Below are positions 40,562 through 50,142 of a stretch of DNA of 64,000 nt, in pieces; within the stretch, counting starts at the first letter, position 1; every line of letters begins with the position of its first letter. Below the pieces are notes generated by a model. The model searched no databases. It was not told the origin of the DNA and worked only from the letters and a program-made list of their open reading frames with translations. Made by a program: the position numbers and the translations under genes. The stretch is from an uncultured archaeon (GTDB taxonomy: Archaea > Asgardarchaeota > Thorarchaeia > Thorarchaeales > Thorarchaeaceae). The DNA is taken from NCBI GenBank assembly GCA_964558645.1, contig CAZLEV010000011.1, forward strand, positions 34,072 through 98,071, read 5' to 3'.

Positions 40562-41695
40562 TTATTCTACCTTGATCAATCGTATCTCGTTGTAGTCGCT
40601 GATGACCCGTATGTAGCCGCGAAGCATCTCATCAACATCAGAATCGCCGGTATCGACCTTTAGAGTCTCTCCTTCAATGCCTTTGAGCTTCGAAGGGGTT
40701 GACAATACCTTGATGTGATCTCTACCTACACGTTTGATTATCTCAGGACTGATCTGTTGGTTTCCTCGCCCAAACAGCATACCCTGGTGCCCGATGGGTG
40801 ACACGATGATCCACGCCTTCTCGAAATCATCCACTAACTCCAGAATCTGTGATTCATTTACATCGTTATGGACCTTGCCACTGTGATAGAGGTCCACGCC
40901 AAGTGTGGTCTTCTTGACGTCGAGGAGGCCCGTAACGCTTTCTACCGTCGTTCCGGGTCCCAGGATATAGTAACCGTCCTCCTCCATGCGTTCGATAATA
41001 TGACGAGCTATCGCCTCCTGCGCCTCCTGCTCATTGGAGGTCTCAGGACTTGCCTGTTTGGCCCCCTGGAATCTTGCAGGAACCGACGGCCCTTGTAGGT
41101 AGCCATAGAGACGAATGTTGAAGTTGTCTTCACGAAAGGCCTGTTCGTCCGCATCCATTATTTCAAACTTGGAAGGCTGGGCGGAGCCCTCAAGTACAAG
41201 TCGAACTACGTCCGCAGCATCTTTCGGGTTTATCACAAAGATGCCGCTGTACATCTTCACTCCGGATGGGATGCCCAAGACGACCAGTTCATCCAATGAG
41301 TTCTCTTCCACCGAGTCAAGGATATCGCGGGCAGTGCCATCCCCACCAACAAATGCTAGAAGTTTCACTCCTGCGTCATAGAGTGCCTTCACACAGGCTT
41401 TTGTGTCCTGAGCAGTTGTGTCTTCATCAATGTCAACATTCACCACTGTGTGATCTATTCCCAGATCCATCAGAACGGAACTTCCCATGGGTTCTGGACA
41501 CGAGCATATCTGGACATCGAACCGCTCATCACCTAGTACAGCGGATTGTAGAGCCTCAAGGAATTCTTTTGCTCTCCCCGGTGCCACCGCTTTGGCCCCC
41601 CTCCTACGGGCCTCGTCCACAACTCCATCAGTTCCCTTAAGACCCACTCTTCCGCCCATTCCTGCGATCGGATTGACCAAGAACCCGAGTTTCAT
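40562..41695 (-). CDS. ATP-NAD kinase family protein
   Basis: NPIAGMGG..GLKGTD, GGDGTARD, PSGVKMYS and GRGNQQ motifs. Confidence 0.88.
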   Translation of the reverse strand: MKLGFLVNPIAGMGGRVGLKGTDGVVDEARRRGAKAVAPGRAKEFLEALQSAVLGDERFDVQICSCPEPMGSSVLMDLGIDHTVVNVDIDEDTTAQDTKACVKALYDAGVKLLAFVGGDGTARDILDSVEENSLDELVVLGIPSGVKMYSGIFVINPKDAADVVRLVLEGSAQPSKFEIMDADEQAFREDNFNIRLYGYLQGPSVPARFQGAKQASPETSNEQEAQEAIARHIIERMEEDGYYILGPGTTVESVTGLLDVKKTTLGVDLYHSGKVHNDVNESQILELVDDFEKAWIIVSPIGHQGMLFGRGNQQISPEIIKRVGRDHIKVLSTPSKLKGIEGETLKVDTGDSDVDEMLRGYIRVISDYNEIRLIKVE

Positions 41696-41778
41696 TGTTA
41701 CTCTCGCCTATTGACAGTCGGATGCACCCACTCTTTAGAGATTTGGTCTGACAAGGTAAGGGATTTAACGCCTGGCCA

Positions 41779-42831
41779 ATGGCTTTCTACTCAGTGAACA
41801 GAGTGACCTGTGAAATCATCCTCGACTTCAGAGGTGTTGACTTCTTCTGGCGAATCTTGGACATGTTTCAGTCTGGGACAAGACTGCAGCACGAAGTCTG
41901 GGAACGCCTCTTTGGCACACCCGGATACGCAGCATTGACCAAGAGTGAATTCTCCCGGGATGATCTTCGCCAAGCGATGTCCATCGCGTTTGATCCCAAC
42001 AGAGCATTTGAGGCACGGAGTTCAAATGGCACCGAACTGGGGAGGTTTGTAGAACACTTCAGAAAGGTCGCTGATAGGCGCAGCGAGATAGAGGCAGTAT
42101 TGGAAGGCCTCAAAGATAGAGCCGCACGGCTAGGAGATACTGTATCTGATCTCGTAAGGGGGTACCTGCCCACTGAGACACGGCTGGAAGATATCCGGGT
42201 AGCATTTGTCTTCTTCGAGCTGGATGCCAGAGGGCACGATTGTATAGTTGTGGACGCACTCTTGGCCGCTGAGATGGGAGAGCTCATTGATGTTCTGATT
42301 GGACATGAATTCCATCACCAGTGCAGAGATGCCATTCTCTGCTATGACAAGGAATCTGTAGAAAGGCAGGATAAGGATATCATGTGGGTGCTGAACCAAG
42401 TCCAGGCAGAGGGCATAGCAGACCATATAGACAAACCTCGCTGGTTCTACGGCGAGAACCCTGTAGATGCATACTCCCAACTTGTAGAACGGTATCGATA
42501 CGAGGTGCAAATAGCAGATGAAACACTCGGCCTGATGGATAGAGTGATAGAAACAGGATGCATCAAAGGGCAATCACACGAGGAGATTGGGAAGAGCATC
42601 CGAGAGATTCTGCCCCTTAGCGGGCACCCCATTGGATACTTCATGGCTAACCGAATAAGTGAAGCAAACCTGACGACAGAGATGATACAATCAGTCGGGA
42701 ATCCCTTTGAGTTCTTCAAGCTGTACAACAGAGCGATGACAACAGAGAACAGGGTTGGCCTATCAGAGGCAACAAATGACCTGTTGGATGAACTTGAGAA
42801 GAGATACTGTGAGCAGGTCGATGTCTCCTAA
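41779..42831 (+). CDS. Putative Zn-dependent protease (HEXXH, DUF5700-like); start uncertain
   Basis: GHEFHH, QAEGIAD, GHPIGYFMA and NPFEFFKLYN. Confidence 0.7.
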   Translation: MAFYSVNRVTCEIILDFRGVDFFWRILDMFQSGTRLQHEVWERLFGTPGYAALTKSEFSRDDLRQAMSIAFDPNRAFEARSSNGTELGRFVEHFRKVADRRSEIEAVLEGLKDRAARLGDTVSDLVRGYLPTETRLEDIRVAFVFFELDARGHDCIVVDALLAAEMGELIDVLIGHEFHHQCRDAILCYDKESVERQDKDIMWVLNQVQAEGIADHIDKPRWFYGENPVDAYSQLVERYRYEVQIADETLGLMDRVIETGCIKGQSHEEIGKSIREILPLSGHPIGYFMANRISEANLTTEMIQSVGNPFEFFKLYNRAMTTENRVGLSEATNDLLDELEKRYCEQVDVS

Positions 42832-42858
42832 TGGAAGAAGACCTTGAAGAGGCGTAAA

Positions 42859-43971
42859 TCAGCTGATCCGCCCGAGAACATCAGTCACCATGAATTCTCT
42901 GTCCTTTCGCCATTGTGCGGCTTCTTCGTCAAAAGCCTCAGCCCAGGGCCCGTATACTTGGCTTCTGTGATAGTCCAGCATCGTCACAACGAAGTTACGA
43001 CTGATGCTATGCATTCGCCCGAGTAGAGCAGAAAGGTGGCTTGGCGGCAGCTGAAGATACCAGAAGAGGTAGTTGTCATTTCTCTTCAATGTAGAACGAA
43101 ATGGTATGGGATGCGCAGTCATTCTCGACTGTAGGCGGTAGATCTGTTCTGAGTCGCATGTTGCTGTCAGGATGACATTGCTGTACAAGTCGAAAGCTGT
43201 TGGTTCGACAAATACGTGATAGCCTGTGATGAATCGTTCTTCTATGCGCTTGAGTCGACGAGAAAAGTCCTGAGATGTGAAATCGATACCGTCTTTGCTG
43301 AGGGCCTGAATCATGTCTTTCTGTTTTCTTCGGGCACCATGGTTCAACTGACATATGATATAGAGGTCCTTCTTTGTCAGTACGTCGAGGAATGCCTCGC
43401 CGCCTTTCTTCTGTGGGATAACGGTATCAACCTCTTTTTCGAACCAACGATTCCAATCAAACCTCCATGTGAAAGTCCGGGGATTCCAGTTGGCCACCTT
43501 GGAAGTCGAGAATATAGGCGGATGTTCACTTGTTGGCAGAACTGAGAATGCATCCAAATGACCAGCAGACTTCACTCGCCTTAGAAGGTCCTTGATCATG
43601 GGCTGCGTTCCAGAGGGTATTCTGAACTGCACAAAGAGCCCCGAATGAGCTCCGTAGCATCTGGCACGATATTTCGTGTAGGGATGCTCATCACAGAGTC
43701 GCTCCATCCGTTTCAGACTTTCGAGATTTGAGGTCATGAGGAAGCAGTCGGTTGTATTCAAACCGAGAGAAACTTCATCAAGCTGAGGTATGACACGAAA
43801 GAGACGGTCCGTTGAATCCTTGCCTTTGCTGCTCATCTTACGCAAATATTCAGAAACTGTTGTTCTCGAGAAGCTGACACGCATGGCAAGCTCTTGGACA
43901 GTGTTCATCGGTCCTTCCTGTAGAGCAACAAGCAGGCTTAGCTGCTTGCCTGTGAGTCCGTCTTTGGTCAA
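42859..43971 (-). CDS. Archaeal transcriptional regulator with a duplicated wHTH + Lrp/AsnC-like module
   Basis: Two HTH-like segments (TVQELAMRVSFSRTTVSEYL; KQKDMIQ...SQDFSRRLKRI), each followed by an alpha/beta domain. Confidence 0.7.
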   Translation of the reverse strand: MTKDGLTGKQLSLLVALQEGPMNTVQELAMRVSFSRTTVSEYLRKMSSKGKDSTDRLFRVIPQLDEVSLGLNTTDCFLMTSNLESLKRMERLCDEHPYTKYRARCYGAHSGLFVQFRIPSGTQPMIKDLLRRVKSAGHLDAFSVLPTSEHPPIFSTSKVANWNPRTFTWRFDWNRWFEKEVDTVIPQKKGGEAFLDVLTKKDLYIICQLNHGARRKQKDMIQALSKDGIDFTSQDFSRRLKRIEERFITGYHVFVEPTAFDLYSNVILTATCDSEQIYRLQSRMTAHPIPFRSTLKRNDNYLFWYLQLPPSHLSALLGRMHSISRNFVVTMLDYHRSQVYGPWAEAFDEEAAQWRKDREFMVTDVLGRIS

Positions 43972-44021
43972 GCCTTCGCCTTCTGATGAAGTTCTGTTCC
44001 TTTTGTGTTTCTACTGGATTT

Positions 44022-44489
44022 CTACCAGCACATGACTTCTATGTGTGGATCGCCGACACCTGAACCTGTAGGAGGATCGAAGATATGGGAGGTCTCAGTG
44101 TAACCGAGTACTGACCCACCGTAGGCGATTGCAGTAATGTCAAGATTGTACCATCCCGGCTCCCATGCGGAGTCATACCAGAAGATTCTCATGCGAATCT
44201 CAGAGAATCGTCCTATCAGCTGTACTAGGCCGTAGTGCTTGAACCCTGATGGTAAGGTCAGGACAAGATAGTACTCCGAGTATCGAGGGCAGGGAGCATG
44301 AGGAGGTACTGTCAAAGTCAAATCTATCAGAATATCATCTTCGATTCCATCAGAATCGAGGTCTGCATAGGTCGCATAGTCCACGGTTACTTCCAATCTA
44401 CTGGGCGACGCATACACTTGAGGTACTGACATTAACACGAGAACCAGAATCACGAGGCCAATCAGGCCATGTCGCTTTGCCAGTTTCAT
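44022..44489 (-). CDS. Small secreted protein with a DxDxDG Ca-binding-like loop
   Basis: Signal peptide (KLAKRHGLIGLVILVLVLM..VYA) and DLDSDGIEDD. Confidence 0.75.
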   Translation of the reverse strand: MKLAKRHGLIGLVILVLVLMSVPQVYASPSRLEVTVDYATYADLDSDGIEDDILIDLTLTVPPHAPCPRYSEYYLVLTLPSGFKHYGLVQLIGRFSEIRMRIFWYDSAWEPGWYNLDITAIAYGGSVLGYTETSHIFDPPTGSGVGDPHIEVMCW

Positions 44490-44543
44490 GAAGTGTGGAT
44501 TATGCAAGTCGACTTATATACATTCTTGAATAATTCCCGAGAG

Positions 44544-44570
44544 AAGAAAAAAGGAGGGGGCAGGGCCCCC
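44544..44570 (-). terminator. Hairpin plus U-rich tract downstream of the S8 protease gene
   Basis: Minus strand reads GGGGGC-cct-GCCCCC followed by TCCTTTTTTCTT. Confidence 0.65.
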
Positions 44571-44574
44571 GTTA

Positions 44575-46530
44575 CTATATGCTGAATGTCTTGGTGGTCT
44601 CTACGTTTGCCGAGGAGTCGTATGTATAACTCGAATGTGTGACTCCTGTTACCGTTACCGTGTACGAGCCCTTAGCAGTCTTGCCCAGGTCGAACACAGC
44701 CACGCCATCACTTCCTGTGGTGGTGGTAAAGGTGCTCACCGATCCACTCGGATACTGGACGTCAATAGTGACAGTAGCTCCGCTCACAGGGTTGCCATTT
44801 TGATCAACTATGGACACATAGATGGTCAACCATGCGTTAGGACCTCGGTAGGTGGCTTGATAGGTTATACTGGACACATGCATGTAATCATCAGTAGAAC
44901 CTCCGCCGTTATTGACGCTCACACCATTGCTGTCCGAAGCTGTCTGGGAATTGGTGTCTGTAGCACGAGCTGTGACAGTATGACTGCCGTCAGAGTAGGC
45001 AGTTGTGTCCCAATCGTAGTAGTAGTAATCACCATCGATGTTGTTGGTGATGTCAACCCAGCTTCCGGAGTCAATCTGAACCTCTACTTTCGAAACGCCA
45101 TTGTCATCGGTAGCAGCCACATAGACCCGATAGACGCCGCTGATTGTCTCACCTTCAGCTGGTGCTACAATAGAGCATGACGGAGGATTATCAGTAGTGC
45201 TACCGCCACCTGTGACATAGTCGAGTGCAGCTTTGGCCTGAGCAATGCCGTAGCCGTACGTGTTGTCAGGACCAGTTTCACCCATATCAAGAGCTGTGGT
45301 TGTCAGGACATTCTTGACGTCGAAAGAGCTGAGAGTATTGTCAGCCTGACGTATCAATGCACCAATGCCTGCGGCCATGGGTGTCGCCATCGATGTACCA
45401 CTGTAGGTCACGTATCCATTTCCGCTGTTGGCCTCGGCAGCGGTGATTGACGATCCTGCAGCACATATTTCTGGCTTCAGGCGACCATCGCCAGTTGGTC
45501 CCTCATTACTGAAGCTCGAATGAGAACCGTCGTCGTTCACCGAACCAACGGTGATTGCATATCGGGAAGCAGAGGGACAACCAATGGTGTTGTAACCGTA
45601 TAGCCTCTCTGGATGCCCATGATTTCCAGCGGCCACGAACAGAGCAACATTGGACTCCATCATGGAGTCGGCCATGAGACAGATCTCATCAGTCCCATCA
45701 CATGAAGAAGACGGGTTGGTTGAAAGGCTCATTGAGGCGATGTCAATGCTGTAAGTGCTTCTGTAGTCAATGACCCATTGCATTCCGGCGAGTACCCCCT
45801 CAAGAGTACCGCCACCGCCCGAGTCAAGTACTTTGACTCCAACTAGCTGTGCAGCATAGGCTACACCTCGGTATCGTGAATCCGCCTCACCAGTCCCTGC
45901 TGCGATACTGGCACAATGCGTTCCATGCCCGTTGTCATCGTACGCAGAAACAGGAGTTGATAGGTCATCTTGTCCATTTACAAAGTCCTTGAATGCAATA
46001 ACCTTGTAGTTGTTGTATGGATCATTGTCATCGAGGTCAACGTGCGTGTTGTCAATCCCAGTGTCTAGGATTGCAATCACCGTGCCCTCTCCGCGATACG
46101 AATAGGACTGATACGCCTCAGGTATCTGAACGATGGGCGTGCCACTATCAAGTGTGGCCTGCACCTCAAGTTCCGCGTCAGATACTCTGATGACATCACT
46201 CATCTTTGTCAAAAGAGGCAGATTCCGAACGGGAATGGACATCGACATGGCGCCGATTGCCTCATAGCGATATCGAACGGTTGCATCCAATCCAGCCAAC
46301 ATATCCTCCAGACTTGGACTGGCGGTTACGATGACTGACACATATTCATTTCTTTCAAGACTGGCAAGCTTGCTCTCGAAGCTGTCGACAATCTTGTTAC
46401 CGTTCATATCCCAGGCAGTGACCTGGACTGAGTCAGTTCCGACTTCGATACTCAGTAGACCAGCAACAGTTGTCGCAGCAAAGAGAAAAGTGAAGACAAA
46501 AGCAGCAATCTTGAGACTCTTCTTATTCAA
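44575..46530 (-). CDS. Secreted subtilisin-family (S8) serine protease with C-terminal Ig-like domains
   Basis: Signal peptide; catalytic triad in ILDTG, NGHGTHCAS and GTSMATP; C-terminal Big-like and beta-sandwich domains. Confidence 0.95.
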   Translation of the reverse strand: MNKKSLKIAAFVFTFLFAATTVAGLLSIEVGTDSVQVTAWDMNGNKIVDSFESKLASLERNEYVSVIVTASPSLEDMLAGLDATVRYRYEAIGAMSMSIPVRNLPLLTKMSDVIRVSDAELEVQATLDSGTPIVQIPEAYQSYSYRGEGTVIAILDTGIDNTHVDLDDNDPYNNYKVIAFKDFVNGQDDLSTPVSAYDDNGHGTHCASIAAGTGEADSRYRGVAYAAQLVGVKVLDSGGGGTLEGVLAGMQWVIDYRSTYSIDIASMSLSTNPSSSCDGTDEICLMADSMMESNVALFVAAGNHGHPERLYGYNTIGCPSASRYAITVGSVNDDGSHSSFSNEGPTGDGRLKPEICAAGSSITAAEANSGNGYVTYSGTSMATPMAAGIGALIRQADNTLSSFDVKNVLTTTALDMGETGPDNTYGYGIAQAKAALDYVTGGGSTTDNPPSCSIVAPAEGETISGVYRVYVAATDDNGVSKVEVQIDSGSWVDITNNIDGDYYYYDWDTTAYSDGSHTVTARATDTNSQTASDSNGVSVNNGGGSTDDYMHVSSITYQATYRGPNAWLTIYVSIVDQNGNPVSGATVTIDVQYPSGSVSTFTTTTGSDGVAVFDLGKTAKGSYTVTVTGVTHSSYTYDSSANVETTKTFSI

Positions 46531-46813
46531 GTAATCTCTCTCCCAAGTGTAGCACAGAAGTGCCCACTCTTAACTTGCGGATAATGCAACTTCATTTATA
46601 TGTGTACCGAATTTTTCCGCTTTGGTCTTGGGTTGTGTTTTCCTTCTTATATGAAACAGAGAGCGTGCGAGTTATTGGCGTCCACTTGAAGACGGACCTC
46701 AGTTTCGCATCTTTGCCCCACCTCTTGCTCCAAGGAATGGTGATGAATTGACATCGGGTTGACCTGCCGACAAAAAGATAAGATAGCACGAGAACTCCCC
46801 AGAAGCGAGGTGC

Positions 46814-48643
46814 TTGCTGATGAGGACAAGTAGAATACTGCAGATTTCGGAAATATTTGATATCCCAGAACTTGAGCTGGTTTCTTTATCTCATGACAGT
46901 CAGTTTGTGCTGATAGCAAGCAATAGGGACAATGTACCACATATCTATCAAGTTCCAGTTTCAGATTCTAGCAAATGGATCGACCTAACACCGGGAGAGG
47001 ACAGAGTTTCCACAGGGAGCCTCTCGGGAGACGACTCGCTCTTCCTGTTCCCAAGAGAGACTGCCGGTAATGAAAAGCATGACCTGTTTGTAACAGATCT
47101 CACGTCCTACGAGACCTCTCTGTTGGTCGACCTAGACTCAATACGGGTCCTTAAGGCGGACTGGACACGCGATGACCAGAGCGTACTCTTTGACGGTTCA
47201 TCGGCCTCCGAGATGGGGCTTCGCCGCTTCATGAAGTCGGAGAAAGAGGTCACCACCATCTACGAGACGACACGGTTGTCAGGGATGGGATTTGTCAGTC
47301 CTGAAGAACCTCTGGTAACGTACAATGAACAGAAGCCAGACCATCCCACAGCCATGGACATCAAGGTAATCAACTATGAGACGTGTGAGGTCATCGATAC
47401 AATCTCACAAGGAGAGAACAGCAGGAACTATGACTTCGCATGGAACACTGACGGAACTAAGCTTCTCTTCTGGACCAATGCTCCAGGCGCTCCAACTTTG
47501 GCCATCTGGGATAGGAAGACATCCGAAGTGGTCTATTCCCGCGCGACAGAGCTTGGACTTGGTATTGACTATGAAGTCGCACAGTGGATGCCCGCTACAG
47601 ATGATATTGTCTATGCAGCAAAACTGAACGGTGAAACCAAGCTGTTCAGGGAAAACGCCTCCAAAGACGAAGGCCCAACCGAGCTCTCCATCCCGAGAGG
47701 ATGGATAAGCGGAATGAAGACGGATAAAAACAATCCAGACAAGATCTTCTTGGCATGGTCAAGTCTCGCAAATCCCACGAGGATATGCAGGTACGATGTG
47801 AAGACAGGTGAACTTGAGACGCTTCTGGACTCAAGACCCACTGACCTCAGTGTCGAGCTAGCAGATGCCAAATTCATCCGCTATCCCACCTTCGATGACT
47901 GGACGATTCCTGCTTTTGAGGTCCCGCCCAGCAATAGTGCTCCGAAGCTGAAGGGAGAGCCGATCATCATCCTCATTCATGGAGGGCCCTGGTGGGAGTT
48001 CTCGCATAGCTGGTTCGCTATGGGAACGGTCATACAGGCATACAGCACAGCAGGATTCCGTGTGTTCTGTCCCAACATCCGGGGTAGCACAGGCTATGGT
48101 GACGAGTTCATGTTCTGCAACATCGGCGATTTGGGAGGCAACGACCTGAAAGACGTTCTTGAGGCACGAAGATACCTCGCAGAGAAGTATCCGAATACCG
48201 AGAGGTTCTTCCTGACAGGGGCCAGCTATGGAGGTTTCATGACCTTTCTGACCTTGACCAAGCATCCTGGAGTATTCGATGCGGGTGCCGCCATAGTCGG
48301 AGTTACTGACTGGAAAGAAATGCATCGCCTAGGAGATGCGGTATTCAAACGGTTCACTGAGAACTTCTTCGAGGGCACCCCTGATAGTAACAGAAATCTC
48401 TATGAAGACAGGTCAGCCATCAACTTCGTGGAGAAGATGGAAGACCCTCTCTTGATAATCCACAGAGCCAATGATTCACGCTGCCCTGTTGAACCCATAT
48501 ACACCTTCACCGGGAAAGCGATATCATTCGGCAAGCCCGTTGAAATCTATGTGGAGCGAGAGGCGGGGCATGGTGTGCAGAAAATGGATCATATACGTCA
48601 ACAATACGGACGGGTAGTTGACTTCTTCATCGACCATTTGTAA
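46814..48643 (+). CDS. S9 family peptidase (acylaminoacyl peptidase-like)
   Basis: Propeller-like N-terminus; IHGGP, PNIRGSTGYG, GASYGG, NDSRC and AGHG motifs. Confidence 0.93.
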   Translation: MLMRTSRILQISEIFDIPELELVSLSHDSQFVLIASNRDNVPHIYQVPVSDSSKWIDLTPGEDRVSTGSLSGDDSLFLFPRETAGNEKHDLFVTDLTSYETSLLVDLDSIRVLKADWTRDDQSVLFDGSSASEMGLRRFMKSEKEVTTIYETTRLSGMGFVSPEEPLVTYNEQKPDHPTAMDIKVINYETCEVIDTISQGENSRNYDFAWNTDGTKLLFWTNAPGAPTLAIWDRKTSEVVYSRATELGLGIDYEVAQWMPATDDIVYAAKLNGETKLFRENASKDEGPTELSIPRGWISGMKTDKNNPDKIFLAWSSLANPTRICRYDVKTGELETLLDSRPTDLSVELADAKFIRYPTFDDWTIPAFEVPPSNSAPKLKGEPIIILIHGGPWWEFSHSWFAMGTVIQAYSTAGFRVFCPNIRGSTGYGDEFMFCNIGDLGGNDLKDVLEARRYLAEKYPNTERFFLTGASYGGFMTFLTLTKHPGVFDAGAAIVGVTDWKEMHRLGDAVFKRFTENFFEGTPDSNRNLYEDRSAINFVEKMEDPLLIIHRANDSRCPVEPIYTFTGKAISFGKPVEIYVEREAGHGVQKMDHIRQQYGRVVDFFIDHL

Positions 48644-48684
48644 AGACAGTCTGAAAACATATCAGGTGTTGATGGCTGGCAGAC

Positions 48685-49338
48685 TCAGATACGGAGTGCC
48701 CCCACCACAGCCGCTGCCTGGAACCAGAAAGACACTCGAACTAGCAGTTCTTCCAGAAATGCAGCCTTTCTATCAGGTTTGATATCTTCTGGCCATCCTT
48801 CGCTCCGATACTCATTGAACTTCTCGAAGGTCTTGTCATACTGTGTAGTCAATGGAATCTCAACCATCTTGTCACAGACAGTCACAAGAGCTCTCACAAA
48901 GAGAACAAAGTCGAGATCCAGTTTGAGAATCCATCTTGTGAAGAGCTTGAAGAACTTCCGGTTATTGATATGACTCCAGTCAATAGCCTTCAGACCTTCT
49001 CTGTTCGTTCCTTCGATTCTCTCGCTGTTGAAATCACAGTCGCGCTTAAAGGTACAGCGACTGCGGGCATAGACTTGCCGGTCAGATATCCAGATGAGAA
49101 TCTCGTGAGGACCCTTAGAACGCATCATCTCTTTGTGTTCACCGGAGGGAAACATGAGCTCGACAACACGCGATTGCTTGAATGGCCCGCCCTTCTTGAA
49201 ATAGAGATGCAGTGCTAAGGTTACGGGCGGCAGAGCGTTGACCGGGTAGTATTCATCAGGGTCGGGCATGGTCAGTAGACACTCAGTGTCAATCCCCTGA
49301 TATGCCTTCTCCTTCTCCGAATCAGAAGAAATCTGCAA
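48685..49338 (-). CDS. Hypothetical protein downstream of the Rab-like GTPase
   Basis: 217-aa ORF with protein-like composition that fills the gap between genes, 30 bp from the GTPase stop. Confidence 0.7.
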   Translation of the reverse strand: MQISSDSEKEKAYQGIDTECLLTMPDPDEYYPVNALPPVTLALHLYFKKGGPFKQSRVVELMFPSGEHKEMMRSKGPHEILIWISDRQVYARSRCTFKRDCDFNSERIEGTNREGLKAIDWSHINNRKFFKLFTRWILKLDLDFVLFVRALVTVCDKMVEIPLTTQYDKTFEKFNEYRSEGWPEDIKPDRKAAFLEELLVRVSFWFQAAAVVGALRI

Positions 49339-49368
49339 TTCACGAATCGTATCTAGACGAGTTCAATC

Positions 49369-49917
49369 TCAGCCCGAACCAGACTCTCTGTTATGAACAA
49401 GGGTCGTTCCCAGCTGTTCGAATACATCGAGAATCCCCTCACCAGTCTTAGCTGAAGACTCAAGATAGGGCATTCCGTGAGCATCTGCGAACTCCCTGCC
49501 TTCAGATGGAGCAACAACCCTATCAGGAAGGTCAGTCTTGTTTGCCACCAGCACTAAGGGAATGTCCTTGCCGATTGCTTTTCTGAGTTCGTCAAGCCAC
49601 TCCTCGAGCACGATGAACGTTCTGCGTCGGCTGACATCGTAGACCAGCAGTCCGCCGCTCGAACCTCGGTAGTACATCGGACGAAGAATCTGAAAACGGC
49701 TTTGCCCTGCCACATCCCAGATCTGCAATTTCACAGTGAGGGAATTACCGTGCATGGATGGAATCTCTATATTCTTGACTGCAAACTGGCTTCCGATTGT
49801 TGTCTTGTAGTCTGTTCGAAAGAAACCGTGTGAAAACCTGGTGACAATTGCAGTCTTACCAACTGCACCTTCACCAAGGACAACAATCTTGAACAGATAG
49901 TCATACGAGCTACTCAT
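49369..49917 (-). CDS. Rab-like small GTPase
   Basis: YDYLFKIVVLG, GEGAVGKT, TIG, KLQIWDVAGQ, RF..LRPMYYRG, NKTD and ESSAK motifs. Confidence 0.95.
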   Translation of the reverse strand: MSSSYDYLFKIVVLGEGAVGKTAIVTRFSHGFFRTDYKTTIGSQFAVKNIEIPSMHGNSLTVKLQIWDVAGQSRFQILRPMYYRGSSGGLLVYDVSRRRTFIVLEEWLDELRKAIGKDIPLVLVANKTDLPDRVVAPSEGREFADAHGMPYLESSAKTGEGILDVFEQLGTTLVHNRESGSG

Positions 49918-50142
49918 CTAAGAGACCCCATTTTCTGGTTCTAGTTTCATACCCAACGTATAGTGTCTTCACCAGATTCAGGAGATTCTGGTGTGAGTTT
50001 CTAAACCCGATAGAACTGTCCCCGGCTAATAAGGTTTCGTCGGGCCAGCATAACTAGGACCGAAGAGGACTTGATGGAGCAGGAGTGGCAGGAGTATATC
50101 ACAAGAAACACGGAATGATGTGGGGGCTGAGCCAGTGAATCA

